DNA of 64,000 bases from the human T2T-CHM13v2.0 reference genome, Homo sapiens, in the NCBI RefSeq assembly GCF_009914755.1, contig NC_060948.1, one strand, 5' to 3'. This document shows positions 58,601-64,000 of this stretch, one piece after another. The notes under the pieces are model-generated. The model had not been told where the DNA came from and did no database searches. It saw only the letters and a program-made list of their open reading frames with translations. The number at the start of each line of letters is the position of its first letter. Position 1 is the first letter of the stretch. Position numbers and translations under genes: made by a program.

Positions 58601-61600
58601 GAATGGAATCGAATGGCATCGAATGGAATGGAATGGAATGCAATGGAATGGAATGTATTAGAATGTAATGAACTTTAATGGAATGTACTCGAATGGATTC
58701 GACTGGAATGGAATGTTCTCGAAGTGAATGGACTCCAATGGAATGGATTCGAAAGGAATGGAATCTAATGGAATGGAATTAAATGGAAATGAATCAAATT
58801 GAATAGAACGGAATTGAATTGAATGGAATCGAATGCAATGGAATCTAATGAAACGGAAAGGAAAGGAATGGAATGGATTGGAATGGAATGGGCTGGAATG
58901 GAATGGAATCGAAACGAATGGAATGGAATCGAACTGAAGAGACTGGAATGGAATGCACTGGAATGGAAGGGAATGTAATGGAAGGTTCTCGAAAAAAATG
59001 GAATCGAAAGGAATGGAATTGAATGGAACGGAATAGAGTCGAATGGAATTGAATGGAATGGAATGGACTAGAGTGAAATGGAATCGAACCACAAGGAATG
59101 GACAGGAATAGAATGGTCTCGAATTGAATGGAATCGTATGGAATGGCATCAAACGGAATGGAATGGACAGCCACGGAATGGAATGGACACCCACGGAATG
59201 GAATGCACTCGAATGCAATGGAGTCGACACTAATGGACTGGAATAGAATGGACTCGACTGGTACGGACTCCAATGGAATGGAATCGAATGGAAGGGAATC
59301 GAAAGGAATGGACTCGAAGGGAAAAGACTGCAATGGAAAGGTCTCGAATGGAATGGAAATTAATGGAATGGAATGGAATCGAATGAAATGGAGTCAAAAG
59401 GAATGGAATCGAATGGCAAGAAATCGAATGTAATGGAATCGCAAGGAATTGATGTGAACGGAACGGAATGGAATGGAATCCAAAGGAATGGAATAGAATG
59501 GAATGGAATCGAATGGAAAGGACTCGAATGGAAATCACTCGAATAGAATGCAATTTAATAAAATAGGATCAAATGTAATGGAATGGAATGGAAAGGAATC
59601 GAAACGAAAGGAATGGAGACAGATGGAATGGAATGGAACAGAGAGCAATGGTATAGAATGGAATGGAATCATCTGGAATGGAATTGAATGGAATGGAATA
59701 ATATGAAATGGAATGGAATGGAATGGAATGCCCTTGAATTAAATGGACTGGAATGCAATGGACTCGAACAGAGTGGAATGGAAAGTGTTGAAATAGAATG
59801 GAATGGACTCGTTTGGAATGGTCTAGTATGCAATGCAATCGACTGGCAGGGAATCAAAAGGAATGTAATCGAATGGATTGGACTGGAATGCAATGGACTC
59901 GAATAGATTGGAAGCGGAAAGCAAAGGAATGGAATGGAATAGTATGGAATGGAATGCAAAGGAATGGAGTGGAATAGACTAGAGTGGAATGGAATGGACT
60001 CGAAAGCAATGGACTGGAATGGAACTTTCTTGAATGGACTGGAATCAAACGGAATGGAATGCAATGCAATCAAATGGCATGGAATAAAATAGAATGAAAG
60101 AGAATCAAATGGAATTGAATCGAATGGAATCGAATGGATTGGAAAGGAATAGAATGGAATGGAATGGAATTGACTCAAATGGAATGGACTAGAATGGAAT
60201 GGATTCGAATGGAAGGCAAAGGAATGGAATCTATTGGAATGGACTGTAATGGAATGGAATGGAAGGGATTGGAATGGACTCGAATGGAATGCGCTGCAAT
60301 AGAAAGGATTCGAATGGAATGAAAAAGAATTGAATGGAATAGAACAGAATGGAATCAAATCGAATGAAATGGAATGGAATAGAAAGGAATGCAATGAAAT
60401 GGAATGGAAAGGATTCCAATGGAATGCAATCGAATGGAATGAAATCGATTGGAATGGAATCGAACGGAATGGAATAAAATGGAAGAAAACTGGCAAGAAA
60501 TGGAGTCGAAATGAATGGAGTGTTATGGAACGGACTCAAAAGGAATTGAATGTAATAGAATGGAGTGGAGTGGACTCGAATATAATGGACTGGAGTGGAA
60601 TGAAATCACATGGAATGGGAACGAATGGAATGGAATGGAAAGGAATGGAATCGAATGGAAAGGAATCGAATGGAAGGGAATGAAATTGAATCAACAGGAA
60701 TGGAAGGGAGTAGAATCGACGGTAATGGAATGGACTCGAATAGAATGGACACGAATGCTCAAATTGAATGGACTCGAATGGAATGGAAACGAAAGGAATG
60801 TCATCGAATGGAATTGAATCGATTGGAATGAAATCACATAGAATGGAGTGGAATCAAATGGAATTGAATCGAAAGGAAAGGAAGCGAATGGACTGAAATG
60901 AAATGGAATGGAATTGAATGGAAATTAATGCAATGGAATAGAATGGAACGAAATTTCACGGAATGGAATCAAACTGAATGGAATCAAATCAATGGAATAT
61001 AATCAAATGGAATGGAAAGGAATTGAATGGAGTAGATTGGATTGGATGGGATTGGAATGAAATGTACTGGAAAGGACTCGAATTTCATGAAACGGAATGG
61101 AATGAATTAGAACGGAATGGACTCGAATGGAATGGAATGTCATGGAATGGCATCAAATGGAATGGAATCGAATGCGATGGAATGCTATGGAATGGAATGG
61201 AATGCATTGGAATGGAATGTCCTCTAATGGAATGGATTCGAGTGGAATGGAATCGAATATAATGGAGTCTAATGAAATAGAATTGAAAGGAATGGGACCG
61301 AATACAATGGAATATACTGGAATGTAATGTAATGAACTCGAATGTAATTGACTGGAATGGAATGTACGTGAATGGAATGTAATCGAATGGAAAGCAATCC
61401 AATGGAATAGAATCTAATGCAATAAAATCGAGTCAAATAGAGTAGAATGTAATGGAATGGAGTGCAGTGCAATGGAATGGAATGGAATGGAATGCAATGG
61501 AATGGAATGGAATGGGATGGAATGGTATGGAATGGATAGTAATGGACTGGAGTGAAATGGACTGGAAAAGAATGGACTCAAATTGAAAGGGCTCGAAAGG

Positions 61601-64000
61601 AATGGAGTCAAATGGAATGGTCTGGAATGGAATGAACACGAATGTAATGCAATCCAATAGAATGGAATCGAATGGCATGGAATATAAAGAAATGGAATCG
61701 AAGAGAATGGAAACAAATGGAATGGAATTGAATGGAATGGAATTGAATGGAATGAGAACGAATGGAGTGAAATTGTATGCAGTAGAAGAGAATAGAATGG
61801 AATGCAAGCGAAAGGAAAGGAATGGATTGGAATGGAATGGAATTCATTGGAATGGAAGGGAATGTAGTGTAATGGACAGGCCTGGAATAAAGTGGAATGC
61901 TACGGTCTCGAATGGAATAAAAATGTATGGAATGGAATGCAATGAAACGGAATCGAATGTCATAGAATGTAATGGAATGCAAAAAAATGGAATCCAAAAT
62001 CATTGACTGGAAAGGCTGGGTGTCGAAAGGAATTGACTCCAATGGAATGGAATCGAATGGAATGGAAGTGAATAGAATCGAACTAAATCGAATGGAATGG
62101 AATTGATAGGAACGGAATGGAAAGGAATGCAATGATTTGGCATGGAATGGAATCGAATGGCATCGAATGGAATGGAATGGAATGCAATGGAATGGAATGT
62201 ATTAGAATGTAATGAACTTTAATGGAATGTACTCGAATGGATTCGACTGGAATGGAATGTTCTCGAAGTGAACGGACTCCAATGGAATGGATTCGAAAGG
62301 AATGGAAACTAATGGAATGGAATTAAACGGAAATGAATCAAATAGAATAGAACGGAATTGAATTGAATGGAATCGAATGCAATGGAATCTAATGAAACGG
62401 AAAGGAATGGAATGGAATGGGCTGGAATGGAATGGAATCGAAACGAATGGAATGGAATCGAACTGAAGAGACTGGAATGGAATGCACTGGAATGGAAGGG
62501 AATGTAATGGAAGGTTCTCGAAAAAAATGGAATCGAAAGGAATGGAATTGAATGGAACGGAATAGAGTCGAATGGAATTGAATGGAATGGAATGGACTAG
62601 AGTGAAATGGAATCGAACCACAAGGAATGGACAGGAATAGAATGGTCTCGAATTGAATGGAATCGTATGGAATGGCATCAAACGGAATGGAATGGACAGC
62701 CACGGAATGGAATGGACACCCACGGAATGGAATGCACTCGAATGCAATGGAGTCGACACTAATGGACTGGAATAGAATGGACTCGACTGGTACGGACTCC
62801 AATGGAATGGAATCGAATGGAAGGGAATCGAAAGGAATGGACTCGAAGGGAAAAAACTGCAATGGAAAGGTCTCCAATGGAATGGAAATTAATGGAATGG
62901 AATGGAATCGAATGAAATGGAGTCAAAAGGAATGGAATCGAATGGCAAGAAATCGAATGTAATGGAATCGCAAGGAATTGATGTGAACGGAACGGAATGG
63001 AATGGAATCCAAAGGAATGGAATAGAATGGAATGGAATCGAATGGAAAGGACTCGAATGGAAATCACTCGAATAGAATGCAATTTAATAAAATAGGATCA
63101 AATGTAATGGAATGGAATGGAAAGGAATCGAAACGAAAGGAATGGAGACAGATGGAATGGAATGGAACAGAGAGCAATGGTATAGAATGGAATGGAATCA
63201 TCTGGAATGGAATTGAATGGAATGGAATAATATGAAATGGAATGGAATGGAATGGAATGCCCTTGAATTAAATGGACTGGAATGCAATGGACTCGAACAG
63301 AGTGGAATGGAAAGTGTTGAAATAGAATGGAATGGACTCGTTTGGAATGGTCTAGTATGCAATGCAATCGACTGGCAGGGAATCAAAAGGAATGTAATCG
63401 AATGGATTGGACTGGAATGCAATGGACTCGAATAGATTGGAAACGGAAAGCAAAGGAATGGAATGGAATAGTATGGAATGGAATGGAAAGGAATGGAGTG
63501 GAATAGACTAGAGTGGAATGGAATGGACTCGAAAGCAATGGACTGGAATGGAACTTTCTTGAATGGACTGGAATCAAACGGAATGGAATGCAATGCAATC
63601 AAATGGCATGGAATAAAATAGAATGAAAGAGAATCAAATGGAATTGAATCGAATGGAATCGAATGGATTGGAAAGGAATAGAATGGAATGGAATGGAATT
63701 GACTCAAATGGAATGGACTAGAATGGAATGGATTCGAATGGAAGGCAAAGGAATGGAATCTATTGGAATGGACTGTAATGGAATGGAATGGAAGGGATTG
63801 GAATGGACTCGAATGGAATGGACTGCAGTAGAAAGGATTCGAATGGAATGAAAAAGAATTGAATGGAATAGAACAGAATGGAATCAAATCGAATGAAATG
63901 GAATGGAATAGAAAGGAATGGAATGAAATGGAATGGAAAGGATTCGAATGGAATGCAATCGAATGGAATGCAATCGAATGGAATGGAATCGAACGGAATG
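43690..64000 (+). repeat. Second copy of the 38,850 bp-offset block (runs off window end)
   Basis: Same as the first copy. Upstream of ~43,690 the two regions differ at several positions (e.g. 4831 taaactggaa vs 43681 taaactggta). Confidence 0.9.

Larger units (their letters stand above)
1888..61882 (+). repeat. 17 complete ~3.5 kb monomers delimited by the conserved HaeIII/StuI site (AGGCCT)
   Basis: GGCC of ggacAGGCCT at 1888, 5402, 8916, 12458, 15972, 19485, 23044, 26578, 30091, 33635, 37169, 40718, 44252, 47766, 51308, 54822, 58335, 61879. First three read directly; the rest placed by a fixed +277 offset from the recurring 'MESNGMVW' ORF start. Spacings: 3514, 3514, 3542, 3514, 3513, 3559, 3534, 3513, 3544, 3534, 3549, 3534, 3514, 3542, 3514, 3513, 3544. 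Confidence 0.95.
1..64000 (+). repeat. DYZ1: Human satellite III (HSat3) tandem array, DYZ1 family (Yq12-type), degenerate (GGAAT)n
   Basis: Seen: continuous GGAAT pentamers and variants (CGAAT, TGAAT, CAAAT, GGACT, GCAAT) end to end, single orientation, ~3.5 kb periodicity. Established knowledge: DYZ1 is a ~3.4-3.6 kb HaeIII-defined HSat3 monomer made of TTCCA pentamers. Exact matches to the Y1.1/Y1.2 DYZ1 primer sequences (recalled from memory, not looked up). Confidence 0.95.

Noticed and set aside
128-63887. Hundreds of ORFs (MEWNG-rich on +, FHSIP-rich on -; up to 275 aa)
   Set aside because: They are the direct translation of (GGAAT)n/(ATTCC)n, which lacks stop codons. They overlap in all frames, show no domain structure, and are broken freely by monomer variants.
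1-64000. CRISPR-like array or repeat-spacer system
   Set aside because: No constant repeat separated by unique spacers, and no cas-like genes. The periodicity is a 5 bp satellite plus a 3.5 kb monomer.
1-64000. DYZ2/HSat1B blocks, Alu or L1 insertions, or inversions
   Set aside because: No AT-rich or Alu-derived segment and no strand switch seen. The array is uninterrupted.
1-64000. HSat2 or chromosome 9/acrocentric HSat3 assignment
   Set aside because: Lacks the HSat2 CATTCGATTC-dominated/ATGATG pattern. The 3.5 kb HaeIII periodicity and primer-site matches favour DYZ1. Exact locus and individual cannot be fixed without alignment.
1-64000. G-quadruplex or telomere-like repeat
   Set aside because: G-runs are nearly all GG with only scattered GGG, and there are no TTAGGG arrays. 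No canonical three-tier G4 motif seen.

Overview
The whole 64 kb window is non-coding human satellite III DNA: a degenerate (GGAAT)n pentamer array, G-rich on the + strand, with no inversions or inserted elements. It is organised into about 18 tandem ~3.5 kb monomers (3,513-3,559 bp) that match the Y-chromosome DYZ1/HSat3 family of Yq12 heterochromatin. Each monomer has a conserved HaeIII/StuI site, and the classic Y1.1/Y1.2 sexing-primer sites are present as I recall them. All ORFs are translation artefacts of the pentamer. I find no gene-based novel system. Two things deserve follow-up. (1) Diagnostic variants show a nested higher-order structure, with monomer order A B C A' B' D E B' D E D* E* B C A' B' D E. 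This includes a 38,850 bp (11-monomer) near-identical duplication, 3-monomer (~10.6 kb) duplications and mosaic monomers. (2) Each monomer carries up to three perfect nGAAn-nTTCn-nGAAn heat-shock elements (about 52 in the window), embedded in a dense lattice of TEAD-type GGAATG sites. All comparisons were made by eye and from the ORF track, so variant lists are not exhaustive.
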